A stretch of DNA of 64,000 nt, taken from assembly GCA_038207335.1 (NCBI GenBank), contig JBBQZX010000008.1:96001-160000 (forward strand). Direction: 5' to 3'. The position numbers and the translations under genes are program-made. Of this stretch, positions 1 to 10,221 are shown in pieces. The first letter of the stretch is position 1. Each line of letters starts with the position of its first letter. Under the pieces are notes generated by a model that made no database searches, was not told the origin of the DNA, and was given only the letters and a program-made list of their open reading frames with translations. The stretch is from Chthoniobacterales bacterium (GTDB lineage Bacteria > Verrucomicrobiota > Verrucomicrobiia > Chthoniobacterales > Chthoniobacteraceae).

Positions 1-1
1 A

Positions 2-589
2 GGCGGCATGATTGTCGCCCGCGATGCCGCCGACGCCGCGCGCCTCGAGCGGCTCGCGCTCCACGGCATGAGCAACGACGCGTGGAAACGCTTCAGCGAC
101 GCCGGCTTCAAGCACTACGAAGTCGTCGAGTGCGGCTTCAAATACAACATGATGGACCTCCAGGCCGCCATCGGCCTCCACCAGCTCGCGCGCGTCGAAA
201 AAAGCTGGCAGCGCCGCCGCGCCATCTGGGCTCGCTACGACACCGCGCTCGCCGACCTCCCCATCACCCTCCCGCTCGCGCCCGACCCCGACACCGTCCA
301 TGCCTACCACCTCTACACGATCCTCATCGACCCCGCGCGCACCGGCATCACGCGCGACGCCTTCCTCGACGCAATGACCGCGCACCGCCTCGGAGTCGGC
401 GTCCACTACCGGGCCATCCCCGAGCACCCCTACTACCGCCAAGCCTTCGCTTGGAACCCCGAAAACTACCCCCACGCCCTCCGCATCGGCCGCCAAACCG
501 TCAGCCTCCCCCTCTCCCCGAAACTCACCGAGTCCGACGTGAACGACGTCATCACCGCCGTCCACGAAATCCTGAAAGCGGGAAGTTGA
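2..589 (+). CDS. DegT/DnrJ/EryC1/StrS family PLP-dependent sugar aminotransferase (5' end lies outside the window)
   Basis: GGM-I..., GFKYNMMDLQAAIG, HAYHLY, VHY and SLPL motifs of the C-terminal half; the frame is open from position 2. Confidence 0.9.
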   Translation, partial: GGMIVARDAADAARLERLALHGMSNDAWKRFSDAGFKHYEVVECGFKYNMMDLQAAIGLHQLARVEKSWQRRRAIWARYDTALADLPITLPLAPDPDTVHAYHLYTILIDPARTGITRDAFLDAMTAHRLGVGVHYRAIPEHPYYRQAFAWNPENYPHALRIGRQTVSLPLSPKLTESDVNDVITAVHEILKAGS

Positions 590-676
590 GAGTCACGAGC
601 TGAGAGTTGAGTGAGCAACACCTGCAACGCACTCGAAAAGCCACGTCACCCCGCTGCCCTCTCTCAACTCTCGACT
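584..676. repeat. Heptamer tandem repeats in inverted arrangement
   Basis: AGTTGAG-AGTCACG-AGCTGAG-AGTTGAG (584-611) faces CTCAACT-CTCGACT (663-676). Confidence 0.6.
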
Positions 677-758
677 AAAAGGCCTCACCCTCCGCTCTCC
701 CCATTCCCTCATTGAAAACTTCCCCAACCCGGCGAACAGTCCACTCCCCGCCCCGACG

Positions 759-2315
759 ATGAAAGACTTCCGCACCGCCATCGACCGAGTCCCGCAGGCC
801 ACCGTCATCATCATCGGCCTCTCGATCGCGCTCACGCTCGGCATCGTCATCCCTAGCACCCACGGCAACATCCTCACCGGCACGGCAAAGCTCACCGGGG
901 TTGTGACATTCCTCTGCGCCCTCGTCTGGCCGCGCACGATGCTCTACGGGCTCGTCGTCATGGCCGCTTCGCTCGACTTTGTCAAACGCCTCCTCGTCGT
1001 CTTCGGCACCGTCTATCAAGCCGACCTCGCCGTCGTTCTCACCATCGCCCCCCTCACCCTAGGCGGCGTCGTCTGTGGCCACATCATCCATCGCATCTTC
1101 GCCCACGGGAGAATTCTCAACAAGCGCGAGTGGGTGATCCTTGCCTGCGCAGGCACCGCGATCGGAATCTCGTTTGCGAAGGCGATGGTCGACTCCCACA
1201 ATATCCTTCGCGCAGGCCAGGCCGTCGTCGATGGCATGAGCTATCTTCTAGCCGTTCTAGTCACCGTCAGCCTCCTTCGCGACGACCGGGCGACTGTGAA
1301 ATATATCAACTTCATGGTGTGGATATTCTTCTGTGTCGCGCTCTACGGCATCTTCCAGTTCTTCCACGGATATGCCAAGTTTGAATATGATTATATCCTG
1401 TCGAGCAACACCTCGACGATCGGCGAACTCAGCGAAGCTCACCCGCGGATTTTCTCCACGTTAAATTCGAGCCATGCATTCGGCGTTAGCATGGCGATCT
1501 TCCTGATTATTTCGGTTGCAAAAAACTATATCTACTTTCGGCAGCGCCGCTCCTTTCGGATCGCAGACCTTCTGCTCATGATCACTTTCACCATCGCGCT
1601 CGGGCTTGGCTTCGGGCGGACGGCATGGGTTCTGGCATTGCTCGGCATAGCGGGTATCTTCTTCTTCACCTCCGCCCGACGGACGAAGTTTTTTTACGCT
1701 TGTTGCACCGGAATGTTTCTGATCGTACTTTTCAACTCCGAATATATCCTCGAGAAACTTCCGGAGTGGCAAAGGCAGCTTCCAGGTGATTCGGCATCCC
1801 AAGAGCAGGCGTTCCGGCTCGGAACTTATTCGGATCGTTTGATAGGCTTCACCTCATTTATGCGAGATGACTCTTATTGGACTCCTTTTGGCGTGAAAGG
1901 TTTTACCACCGAGGCTCAGCATGCGGGAGACCAGTTCTATACACACGACGCGTTCACGGCGGCGCTGCTTCGCTACGGAATCGTTGGCGTTGGCATCCTC
2001 GCCATCATCAGCATTTTCTTCCTAATTCAAGTTCACAAAGGCATCCTAGGGGTCCAAAATCGCAACTTGCGTATTTTCTCCGCGGCGACCGCCAGCGCGT
2101 GCTTTTCCGTCTTCTTCACTGGCCTCCTCTCCGGCTCGAATATCACTGTTTTCCCGGTAAATTTCCTCTTTTGGGCCCTCATTGGATGCACTCTGGTAAT
2201 GACTGGGTCCGAGCGCGCCGTGCGAAAGTCGCAAACAGCGCAGCAGCAAAGAGACAGGGCGACCCCAGCCCCGGCACCCAATCGCCCGCGCCCCCGGCGC
2301 CCGGCGTATACCTGA
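759..2315 (+). CDS. Multi-pass membrane protein, O-antigen polymerase/ligase (Wzy/WaaL)-like
   Basis: About 11-12 hydrophobic segments, periplasmic loop with R-IFST-NS, G-GRT-W, and H-D...RYG-VG near the C-terminus; located beside a flippase. Confidence 0.7.
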   Translation: MKDFRTAIDRVPQATVIIIGLSIALTLGIVIPSTHGNILTGTAKLTGVVTFLCALVWPRTMLYGLVVMAASLDFVKRLLVVFGTVYQADLAVVLTIAPLTLGGVVCGHIIHRIFAHGRILNKREWVILACAGTAIGISFAKAMVDSHNILRAGQAVVDGMSYLLAVLVTVSLLRDDRATVKYINFMVWIFFCVALYGIFQFFHGYAKFEYDYILSSNTSTIGELSEAHPRIFSTLNSSHAFGVSMAIFLIISVAKNYIYFRQRRSFRIADLLLMITFTIALGLGFGRTAWVLALLGIAGIFFFTSARRTKFFYACCTGMFLIVLFNSEYILEKLPEWQRQLPGDSASQEQAFRLGTYSDRLIGFTSFMRDDSYWTPFGVKGFTTEAQHAGDQFYTHDAFTAALLRYGIVGVGILAIISIFFLIQVHKGILGVQNRNLRIFSAATASACFSVFFTGLLSGSNITVFPVNFLFWALIGCTLVMTGSERAVRKSQTAQQQRDRATPAPAPNRPRPRRPAYT

Positions 2316-2338
2316 GCCGTCGGCTTTTCTCTTTCCGA

Positions 2339-3652
2339 TTGAAAGTCCTACGTCGACCCGAGGAGGGATGGAGGCGCGCGGGAATCAATCGCTTTAACTC
2401 CTCCCTGAAAAGCCGCTCGGTTGCCTACTACGCGAGCAGTTCACTCGTGTGTCAGGCGATGCGATTCACCGGTGTTGTGGTCGCGACCCGGGTGTTGAAT
2501 CCGGTCGATTTCGGCGCATTTGCTCAAGCGCTCCTTTTGATGGGCGTTCCCTGCACTTTGAGGGATCTCGGGATCAGCAATGCGCTGATCGCTTACGATG
2601 GCACCGATCGAAGCTATCCTCGATTTCATTTCCAAATCATCGTTTGCAGCAGTCTCGTATGCGCGGGATTGATTTTTGCGACCAGCAGCTTGTGGACGAA
2701 GTTCTCTTCGGATGTCCTTGCGACCGCCCCGTGGCTTGCGTTGCTGGTGATAATCGAGGGGCTTGGCATCACCGGTGTGATCGCTGCACAAAAGAGCTTT
2801 CGATTCAAAGCGCTTGCCGGGGTTGAAATCTGCGCAGTCGCAGGATCGCTTGCCGTCATCATTCTCGGAGCGGGACGAGTCAATGGATTGTCGCTCCTCC
2901 TCGGCGCGCGCTTTACCGAGTCGCTCATCCGAACCGGTTCGGTCGGTATTCTGGAGACTTGGAAGCACGTCGGCCTCGTGCGAAACCTTGAGATTCTTCG
3001 GTATTACGCCGGGTTTGCGAGGTATGGTGCTCCGCAGGCATTGGTCGAAAACGCCATCGCACAGCTCGATAGCTTTTTGCTTTCCACATTCAGCACGGTC
3101 TATCAGCTCGGGCTTTACGATCGGATTTTGCAATTCAGCCGCATCCCCTTATCGCTCAGCATCAATCTCATCGACAAAGTCGCCTTGGTCTCATTTAGCC
3201 AGCACCAGCATGAGACTCAAAGGCTCCAACAGCTTCTCCGTATCTTCGCGGGCATCAGTCTGGGTGCGGCTACGGTAGTCGTTTTGGTCGTCACGTTCGC
3301 GCTGCCAGCCGTCGTCACTCAGATGCTCGGAGAGGAATGGATGCACCGCTTGTTGCCGCTCTGGTGGGCCGCGCTCCCACTCATGCTTTTACGTCCGCTT
3401 TCGTGGTGCCTCAGCATCTTCATGCAAGGCGTCGGAAACATTCCCGCGCTCTTTCGTTTCATGGTTTTCGGCCTCTGTGCCACGGCGTTGGGCGGCATCG
3501 CGTTCGTTCCAGCCTTCGGTGCCATCGGAATGCTTACGGCCTTGGCGTTCGCACACATCCTTTTGGTGACTTACCAATTGCTCGTCATCCGCGGATGGTT
3601 CCGTTCCAGAATCCCCGCGCAACCTGCCAGTGCCGATTTGCCGATTCGATGA
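2339..3652 (+). CDS. Polysaccharide flippase (Wzx/PST family); start uncertain (TTG 2339 or ATG 2459)
   Basis: RVLNPVDFG...DLGISNAL, Q-D..L....QLGLY motifs and many TM helices; the ORF-track extension to 1877 overlaps wzy. Confidence 0.8.
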   Translation: MKVLRRPEEGWRRAGINRFNSSLKSRSVAYYASSSLVCQAMRFTGVVVATRVLNPVDFGAFAQALLLMGVPCTLRDLGISNALIAYDGTDRSYPRFHFQIIVCSSLVCAGLIFATSSLWTKFSSDVLATAPWLALLVIIEGLGITGVIAAQKSFRFKALAGVEICAVAGSLAVIILGAGRVNGLSLLLGARFTESLIRTGSVGILETWKHVGLVRNLEILRYYAGFARYGAPQALVENAIAQLDSFLLSTFSTVYQLGLYDRILQFSRIPLSLSINLIDKVALVSFSQHQHETQRLQQLLRIFAGISLGAATVVVLVVTFALPAVVTQMLGEEWMHRLLPLWWAALPLMLLRPLSWCLSIFMQGVGNIPALFRFMVFGLCATALGGIAFVPAFGAIGMLTALAFAHILLVTYQLLVIRGWFRSRIPAQPASADLPIR

Positions 3653-3653
3653 A

Positions 3654-4523
3654 TTAGCCGTTCCAGTTCAGGCCGGCGCGGATCTCTCCAAGCGATTCGA
3701 GATCGGTCCGCAGCCCCGGCAGATGGTAGATGCATTGTTCGCCTACTTTTGATAGTTCGTATCCAGCGGCCAGCATTTGGTCGTGGATGGTCTGGCACCG
3801 TTCGGCACCTTTCCCATCGCCGCCTGCCCACGGATGCAATTCCATCGCGATGAAGTCGAAGGCTTTCCTTGCGAGGAGCTGGGTCGCTCCACCCATGACT
3901 TTCGATTCAAATCCTTCGCAGTCCACTTTCATCAGCCGAATTCTTCCGGTCCCGGTGCTCTCGGCGACTGAGTCGAGCGTCAACCCGCTAACCGGTTGCC
4001 GGAGAACGGCGCTTTTCGAGCCTTTGAAGACGCCGGTCATCCCGGAGTTCATCGTTGACGCAAGATACAGTTCGAGTTCTTCTTCGCGATCGGAAAGCGC
4101 CACCTCGTGGACGCGAACTCGTTCAGCGGTGCCGGGATTCAGTTCGAGATTGCGGGCGAGGACGGGTTGAAGCCTGATTTGCGGTTCGAAGGCTTCGACC
4201 GTCGCCCCGTGGAGTGCCGCGCAAAGGGTAAAGTAACCTTCATTGGCCCCGACATCGAAAAAAACGTCTCCTTGCCGGAGGACGCCTTCGACGAGGCGGC
4301 GCATCTCGATCTCATAGACTCCGTTTTTCAAGACAAGGATACCAAATGCGCTGCCCGGATCGAGCCATAGCCGCGGGCCAGTCGGCGGCTCGACGATTCG
4401 CCGCCCGATGCAAAGAAGCCGTTTAAGCGCTCCTCCAAGAATGGCCGGTTTGACGCGGATAAGCGCATCGTAGAAGGCGACCGCCCACTTACCTGCAAGC
4501 GCGGATGATGAGGGGCTGGGCAT
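3654..4523 (-). CDS. FkbM family methyltransferase
   Basis: FFDVGANEGYF, AFEP, MKVDCEGFE. Confidence 0.88.
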   Translation of the reverse strand: MPSPSSSALAGKWAVAFYDALIRVKPAILGGALKRLLCIGRRIVEPPTGPRLWLDPGSAFGILVLKNGVYEIEMRRLVEGVLRQGDVFFDVGANEGYFTLCAALHGATVEAFEPQIRLQPVLARNLELNPGTAERVRVHEVALSDREEELELYLASTMNSGMTGVFKGSKSAVLRQPVSGLTLDSVAESTGTGRIRLMKVDCEGFESKVMGGATQLLARKAFDFIAMELHPWAGGDGKGAERCQTIHDQMLAAGYELSKVGEQCIYHLPGLRTDLESLGEIRAGLNWNG

Positions 4524-4823
4524 TGTTTTGGGTTCGAGAGCAGATCGTTTTGACCCGAAGCTGGACTCGCGTAGGAAAAGCGAATTAGTAGGACAATTCA
4601 ATGTCCATTCTCATCAGCTACAAGGTCAAAGCCTGGCTCGTTGCCGGTTGCGGTGGCGGCACCTACGCGAACGAGAACCACCTCAAAAATGGAACTCGGG
4701 CGACGCTTTCCGGCCATTCGGAACACCTCCTCGAGAGGGCACGTCGTGGAGGGGTGTCGCGCGCCGGAAATTCTCGGGCTCGTCGCAAAATGTGGTCGGC
4801 ATCCAATCCGCAACGAATACTCC

Positions 4824-5867
4824 ATGCTTATCCTAACGCGGCTGATCGCGTCGCTCCTGATGATTTCACGGGTCCCTCTGCCTCTGAACCCACTCAGGTG
4901 GCTGGAGAATCTCTTGCCGAATCGCCTCCGCGCTTTTCTGCTGCCGTGCGATAAGTGGTCGTCGCAGAAAAGCGTTGACCTTTCCTCTGTGAACTTTGAA
5001 TTCGCCCGCGAAGTCGGGCTTCCCAGATATATTTTCCGGCACCTGCTCCTTGCTCTTTTGCAGCGGGTGGGATCAGGGGATGTCCGGCTCCGACTTCCGA
5101 CCGGGTTGAAAATCGTCCTTCCTCGACCAAGCACTTTCGGGCGGGATGCTTTCGCCACAAATTCAGACGTGGACTGGGGCAGTGAGGCGCTTTTTTTCTC
5201 CCATCTGGATGCAAGTAGGGACTTCATCGATGTCGGTGCAAATATTGGATATTACAGCGTTTACGCGGCTCCGATCGTCCGGCAGGTTTTCAGCTTTGAG
5301 CCCGATCCGCGGAACCACACAGGGCTAGAGGTCAACGCCGCGCTCTCGAACAACATCGCGGTGCAAAAATCGGCACTTTCGTCCGAAGCATGTGAAGTCC
5401 TGCTGGATGTGTCGCGAAATACTTGTGTCAGTAAGGTGATTTCGGCCTCCGAGGCTGCCGCGGCCACGGTGCTGAAACTGCGCGCGACGACTCTCGACGC
5501 CTTTGCCAATGAAAACCCGAAACTCCGAGCAACTGGGATCAAACTCGACACGGAAGGTCACGAATTGGCAATTCTTCGTGGCGGGCTGAAGATGATCCAG
5601 CGGGATCAGCCGCTCATTTTGACAGAACTCATGCGCTGGCCGGCACAGGGCGGTGAGCCCGCGTATCGCGAACTATCCGCATTTGCGGAAAGTCTCAGCT
5701 ACCAGCTGTTTGCGTTCGTTCCATGCGCGCGCGGATTTCTTTTGCCGGGCCGTTACCGATTCATCGCGCTCGGTTCCGAAGCATTGTTTTCTGCGAATGC
5801 GACGAAGATGATTTTCGCAGTACCGGCGAGACTCTGCCCGGCATTTGAGAAGAAAACGAGGGAGTAA
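4824..5867 (+). CDS. FkbM family methyltransferase (start uncertain)
   Basis: FIDVGANIGYY, FSFEP, IKLDTEGHE. Confidence 0.85.
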   Translation: MLILTRLIASLLMISRVPLPLNPLRWLENLLPNRLRAFLLPCDKWSSQKSVDLSSVNFEFAREVGLPRYIFRHLLLALLQRVGSGDVRLRLPTGLKIVLPRPSTFGRDAFATNSDVDWGSEALFFSHLDASRDFIDVGANIGYYSVYAAPIVRQVFSFEPDPRNHTGLEVNAALSNNIAVQKSALSSEACEVLLDVSRNTCVSKVISASEAAAATVLKLRATTLDAFANENPKLRATGIKLDTEGHELAILRGGLKMIQRDQPLILTELMRWPAQGGEPAYRELSAFAESLSYQLFAFVPCARGFLLPGRYRFIALGSEALFSANATKMIFAVPARLCPAFEKKTRE

Positions 5868-5874
5868 AAGCTGC

Positions 5875-7155
5875 TCACGAGTCAATCAGGTCGAGCAGAC
5901 CGGGGAGTTCAGCGCCACCGGCTTTCGCCAAAAGTTCAAGCAATCCTGCGAGTCGGCGCTCGTGTTCGGCCCAAGTGAATTGCTGAACACGTTCGCGCGC
6001 TGCACGCCCCATGCGGGCCCGGAGTTCGGGGTTTTCGTAAAGCTGGAGGATTGCGCGTTTGAGAGCCGGAACGTCGCCGACGGGCGTTACGAATCCCTGC
6101 ACGCCGTCGGTGATCGCTGAACCTGCGTTGCGGCTGACGATGCTAGGGATACCGGAGGCCATCGCCTCGTAAACGACGTTGCAGCCCCCCTCGGCGAGCG
6201 ACGGAATCACAAAGGCGTCGCTTTCCTGAAAAAGCTCCGGCAAGCGGTCGTGCGGGACAAACCCAAGGTAGTCGAACTCCCCCGCATACTTGTCCAGATA
6301 GGGCTTCGAGTCCGGATCGCCTAGTGCGCCGACGAGCAGGAGCTTTGCGTTTGGGAGCGCGAGTTCATGCCACGCCTGGAGCAGATGGTGGAGGCCCTTC
6401 CGGATCGAAAGCTGGCCGAGGAAAAGGAGTTGGAAGGGCCGGTCCGGACGCGGCCCCTCGGCAGGTCGATAGCGCGTGACGTCGCCGCCCATCGGCAGAT
6501 GAATCATCCGCCTGTCGTTCGCGCCGAGATGCCGCATGCAATCGATGCTGAAATAAGATTGGTTGATCAGATATTGCGCCTCTTTGATTTCCTGAAGCGG
6601 GCGGGCGGGCGGCGCGCTCTGGCCGGGAGGGTGGCCAAGTCGCACACGCTCTTCAGCAACGATGCGAAACTGGCACGGCGGCAGCGTGATCTCCATCAAC
6701 GTGATGAAGCCGCGCTCGCGCGCCGCGCGAAAAGTGTGAAGGCACGAGCCTTGAAAACCGTACACGATGACCGGCGCGTCTGTTTTCGGATATCGCCTCA
6801 CCCACTTGGCCGCGACCCGATCGTGGATGTCATCCTGAAACTCTACGAAAGGGGCCGCAGTGCCCCCAAATAAGCTCCAAGGTCGTGTGGCCAGTTCCAA
6901 CCACGGCCCGCAGACGGGAACGATGGCGTCATCCGACAGCCCCTCCTGCGTCCGGCTGCGCAACGATTTGTGCAGTCGTTCTCCGATGCGTTTTGGAAAA
7001 AGCCGCCAGAGATCGTAAGGAAAATATCCTTTCCGATAGTAAAAACCCGTCAGCAGCTTCGTCGGGAAACCGCCGCGCTCAGCCCCCAGCGCTCTGCGGT
7101 AGATGTTGCTCTGTTTCGACGGATGAGTGACGAGGATGTGTGGCAGGCCTGCCAT
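5875..7155 (-). CDS. Glycosyltransferase family 4
   Basis: FLGQLSIRKG and PSLAEGGCNVVYEAMASG (EX7E). Confidence 0.92.
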   Translation of the reverse strand: MAGLPHILVTHPSKQSNIYRRALGAERGGFPTKLLTGFYYRKGYFPYDLWRLFPKRIGERLHKSLRSRTQEGLSDDAIVPVCGPWLELATRPWSLFGGTAAPFVEFQDDIHDRVAAKWVRRYPKTDAPVIVYGFQGSCLHTFRAARERGFITLMEITLPPCQFRIVAEERVRLGHPPGQSAPPARPLQEIKEAQYLINQSYFSIDCMRHLGANDRRMIHLPMGGDVTRYRPAEGPRPDRPFQLLFLGQLSIRKGLHHLLQAWHELALPNAKLLLVGALGDPDSKPYLDKYAGEFDYLGFVPHDRLPELFQESDAFVIPSLAEGGCNVVYEAMASGIPSIVSRNAGSAITDGVQGFVTPVGDVPALKRAILQLYENPELRARMGRAARERVQQFTWAEHERRLAGLLELLAKAGGAELPGLLDLIDS

Positions 7156-7170
7156 GACAAAAGGATAAAT

Positions 7171-8343
7171 CTATCGAGGAAGGTGGGTGAGAAAACCCGC
7201 CCAATTCTCGCTGAGCGCGCGGTTCGTATAAAGGGCAAGTGTGCGCGCGCGCTGTTTTTCCGCGTTCTCACTCCGCGCCCTTTCGTTGCACGCAAGCCAC
7301 TCGATTTTCTCTGCAAGAGCGGAGCGATCACCCGCGCGGAAGATCGCTTCGGGCTCGCCGATCACGTTTGGGATTTCACCGGAATCCGAACCGATGCACG
7401 CCACTCCGCACATCATCGCTTCGATGAGAACGTGCCCGAATTGCTCTTCCCAGACGCTTCCTTCTTCGCGCCGCGCTTTGCTTGGGAGGACGAAGAGGTC
7501 GAGCATTTTCATGAAGGCCGCGACTTCGACGTGGGGGCGCGACCGGAGCAGTCGGAGCCACGGACGCGCGGTGGCGAGCGCTTCGAGCCGGGCCCGAAGC
7601 GGGCCGGCTCCGAGCAATGCCAGTTCGATCGAAAGAAGCGGGTTGTGATCACGCACCGCATCGACCGCTGCGACCAAATCGAGCACGCCTTTTTCCTCCA
7701 CGAAGCGCCCGCAAAAGCCAATCAGCATGGCATCGGGTGAAAGCTGCTCACTTGCGCGCTGCGCTGCGCGAGCGTGAGATTCCAGCGGATGGAGCGCTGT
7801 CTCATCGACTCCGAGTTGTGGCGCGATAAGAAGCCGCGATGCGGGTAAACCCGCGCGGCGAAAGAGTTCGCCGGCCGCGCTATTGCCAGCGATCACGAAG
7901 TCGTCCGTCCACACCGCAGCCCGGTAGATCGCAGCGAGGATGCGACCGCGCCAGCCCGGACGCGGGAGATTTTCCCAACTGAACTCGCCGAAGAATGCAG
8001 CAGGCTGGGTGAGCTTTTTCCAACACCATGCCTGCCAGCGCACCCACGCCCACGGCTCGGATTCGACGAGGATGAAATCGAAGCGGCGTCCGCGAAACAC
8101 TCGCCGTAATCCGCGAAAAACGTAGCGAGTGCTGGTGTGCGCGGCACCGATCGTGTGCAAGCCGATCAACAGGTAATTTAGCGGCTCGGCAGATGGATTG
8201 AGGGTCGCGTGAAAGCCGAGGCTGGCGGCTTCCGTGCAGGTGACGCAGACGAGGTCGAAATGCTCCGCGAGATGGGCGAGCTTCTTTCGGTTTTCGTCCA
8301 CGACATAGGTCGCGCTGATGAGGAGGAGAGTCGGCTTTGGCAC
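7171..8343 (-). CDS. Glycosyltransferase family 4
   Basis: GRFVEEKG and WEEQFGHVLIEAMMCG. Confidence 0.92.
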   Translation of the reverse strand: MPKPTLLLISATYVVDENRKKLAHLAEHFDLVCVTCTEAASLGFHATLNPSAEPLNYLLIGLHTIGAAHTSTRYVFRGLRRVFRGRRFDFILVESEPWAWVRWQAWCWKKLTQPAAFFGEFSWENLPRPGWRGRILAAIYRAAVWTDDFVIAGNSAAGELFRRAGLPASRLLIAPQLGVDETALHPLESHARAAQRASEQLSPDAMLIGFCGRFVEEKGVLDLVAAVDAVRDHNPLLSIELALLGAGPLRARLEALATARPWLRLLRSRPHVEVAAFMKMLDLFVLPSKARREEGSVWEEQFGHVLIEAMMCGVACIGSDSGEIPNVIGEPEAIFRAGDRSALAEKIEWLACNERARSENAEKQRARTLALYTNRALSENWAGFLTHLPR

Positions 8344-8476
8344 CGGTGCGTGCGTGTTTAATCCGCTTTGAGGAAGACGGCAAGCAGGGCACTTTTACTG
8401 AACCGAAATTTCCTGTCGCCGACTCAAATCGCGCAGCTACGTTCCACCGCACCAAGCGCCGCATTTCTCCCCCCGC

Positions 8477-9235
8477 ATGAACTACCGTGAAATCCTCTAC
8501 AACAATTACTCCGCGAACTTTGGAGCGGGTCGGGCGCCGAATCCGGCGGTGCAGTTTCGGCAGTACGAGGTCTGCTATCGGGATGCGCTTCCGGCCGTTT
8601 CGAGCGTGATCGGCGACCTCGGCTGCGGGACGGCGGATTGGCTCGGGTGGTTGCAATATCGGGGGTTCAAGAATCTGTGGGGCGTGGATTGGAGCGCGAG
8701 CGATGTGGCACTCGGGCGCGCGGCTTTTCCAGGGATCGAGATCGAGCAGGGCGACATCTTGAAGCATTTGCGGGAGAAGCCGGGGCACTTCGATCTGCTG
8801 CACGCAAAGGACGTGATCGAGCACATGAAGCCGGATGAATTGTTCGACTTTCTCGATGCCTGCCGCGGCGCGCTGAAGCCGGGCGGCGCGCTCTGGATCC
8901 TGACTTACAACGCGCAAAGCCCGTTTGCGAATGTGACCCGTTACGGGGATTTCACCCATGAAATCGGGCTCACACCCTCAAGCATGGCGCAGGTGCTTTG
9001 CGCTGCGGGATTCACGGTCGATCGGGTGGACGGGATTCATGTGTGTCCTTCCACTCTGCTAGGTACGGCCCGAAAGTTTATGTGGAAGGCGCTGACTCCA
9101 TTTTTTCGGCTGCTTCTCAAGGCGCGCCACGGCGGCAGCGGCGGGCCAATCGATTTTCTAGCCACGCATCCAGACCTGTTTGCAATAGCACACTACCAAG
9201 GATGGACAAGTAACCCCGAACCTTCCAATCAATGA
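8477..9235 (+). CDS. Class I SAM-dependent methyltransferase
   Basis: DLGCG, GVD, DVIEH, LKPGG. Confidence 0.9.
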   Translation: MNYREILYNNYSANFGAGRAPNPAVQFRQYEVCYRDALPAVSSVIGDLGCGTADWLGWLQYRGFKNLWGVDWSASDVALGRAAFPGIEIEQGDILKHLREKPGHFDLLHAKDVIEHMKPDELFDFLDACRGALKPGGALWILTYNAQSPFANVTRYGDFTHEIGLTPSSMAQVLCAAGFTVDRVDGIHVCPSTLLGTARKFMWKALTPFFRLLLKARHGGSGGPIDFLATHPDLFAIAHYQGWTSNPEPSNQ

Positions 9236-10221
9236 ACAAGAGCGCACTAGTTACCGGGATCACCGGGCAGGACGGAAGCCATCTGGCGGAACATCTTCTG
9301 GACTTGGGTTACGAAGTCCATGGATTGGTGCGAAGGGTGGCCATGGAAGATCCCGATCGCCGCCTTGGACGGCTGGTTCATCTCCGGGACAGAATCAAGC
9401 TGCATCCGGCGAGCTTGGAGAGCTACGCGAGTGTCTTCCACGTTCTCAGCCGGAACAAGTTCGACGAATGTTATCATTTGGCGGCGCAGAGCTTTGTCGC
9501 GGAGAGTTTTTCCGATGGCTTTTCGACGATGAACACTAACATCAATGGAACGCATTATATGCTCGCCGCCGTTCAGGAGGTGCAGCCCCAGTGCAAGTTT
9601 TATTTCGCTGGCACAAGCGAAATGTTCGGCAAAGTCCGCGAGATGCCGCAGCGGGAGACGACGCCTTTCCATCCGCGGAGTCCTTACGGCATCAGCAAGA
9701 CCGCGGGCTTTGAACTCACTCGCAATTATCGAGAGTCTTACGGGATGTTTTGCTGTAGCGGGATCCTCTTCAATCACGAAGGACCGCGCCGCGGGCATGA
9801 ATTCGTGACGCGCAAAATTACCAGCACTTTAGCGAGGATTAAACTCGGCCTGGCCAGTGAGCTGCGCTTGGGAAACCTTGAGGCCAAACGGGACTGGGGA
9901 CACGCTATGGATTTTGTCCGCGCAATGCATTTAATGCTCCAACATCCGGAACCGGACGATTACGTCATCGCTACGGGAGAAACGCATTCGATCCGTGAGT
10001 TCTGCGAGCTGGCCTTTTCCGAGTTGAGCCTCAACTATGAGGACTACGTAAAAGCAGATCCCGCGTTTTATCGACCCGCAGAAGTCGATCTCCTTATAGG
10101 CGACAGTTCAAAGGCGCACCGTGTTCTTGGCTGGAAACCGACCTACACCTTCGAGATGCTCGTCAAGGAGATGGTTCACTCCGATCTCGAAACACTCTCG
10201 CGGACGCGGGGTATGTCCTGA
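9232..10221 (+). CDS. gmd: GDP-mannose 4,6-dehydratase family
   Basis: ALVTGITGQDG, HLAAQS, TSEMFG, PRSPYGISK, LFNHE, FVTRKI, RDWG; ATGA overlap with the upstream gene. Confidence 0.92.
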   Translation: MNKSALVTGITGQDGSHLAEHLLDLGYEVHGLVRRVAMEDPDRRLGRLVHLRDRIKLHPASLESYASVFHVLSRNKFDECYHLAAQSFVAESFSDGFSTMNTNINGTHYMLAAVQEVQPQCKFYFAGTSEMFGKVREMPQRETTPFHPRSPYGISKTAGFELTRNYRESYGMFCCSGILFNHEGPRRGHEFVTRKITSTLARIKLGLASELRLGNLEAKRDWGHAMDFVRAMHLMLQHPEPDDYVIATGETHSIREFCELAFSELSLNYEDYVKADPAFYRPAEVDLLIGDSSKAHRVLGWKPTYTFEMLVKEMVHSDLETLSRTRGMS

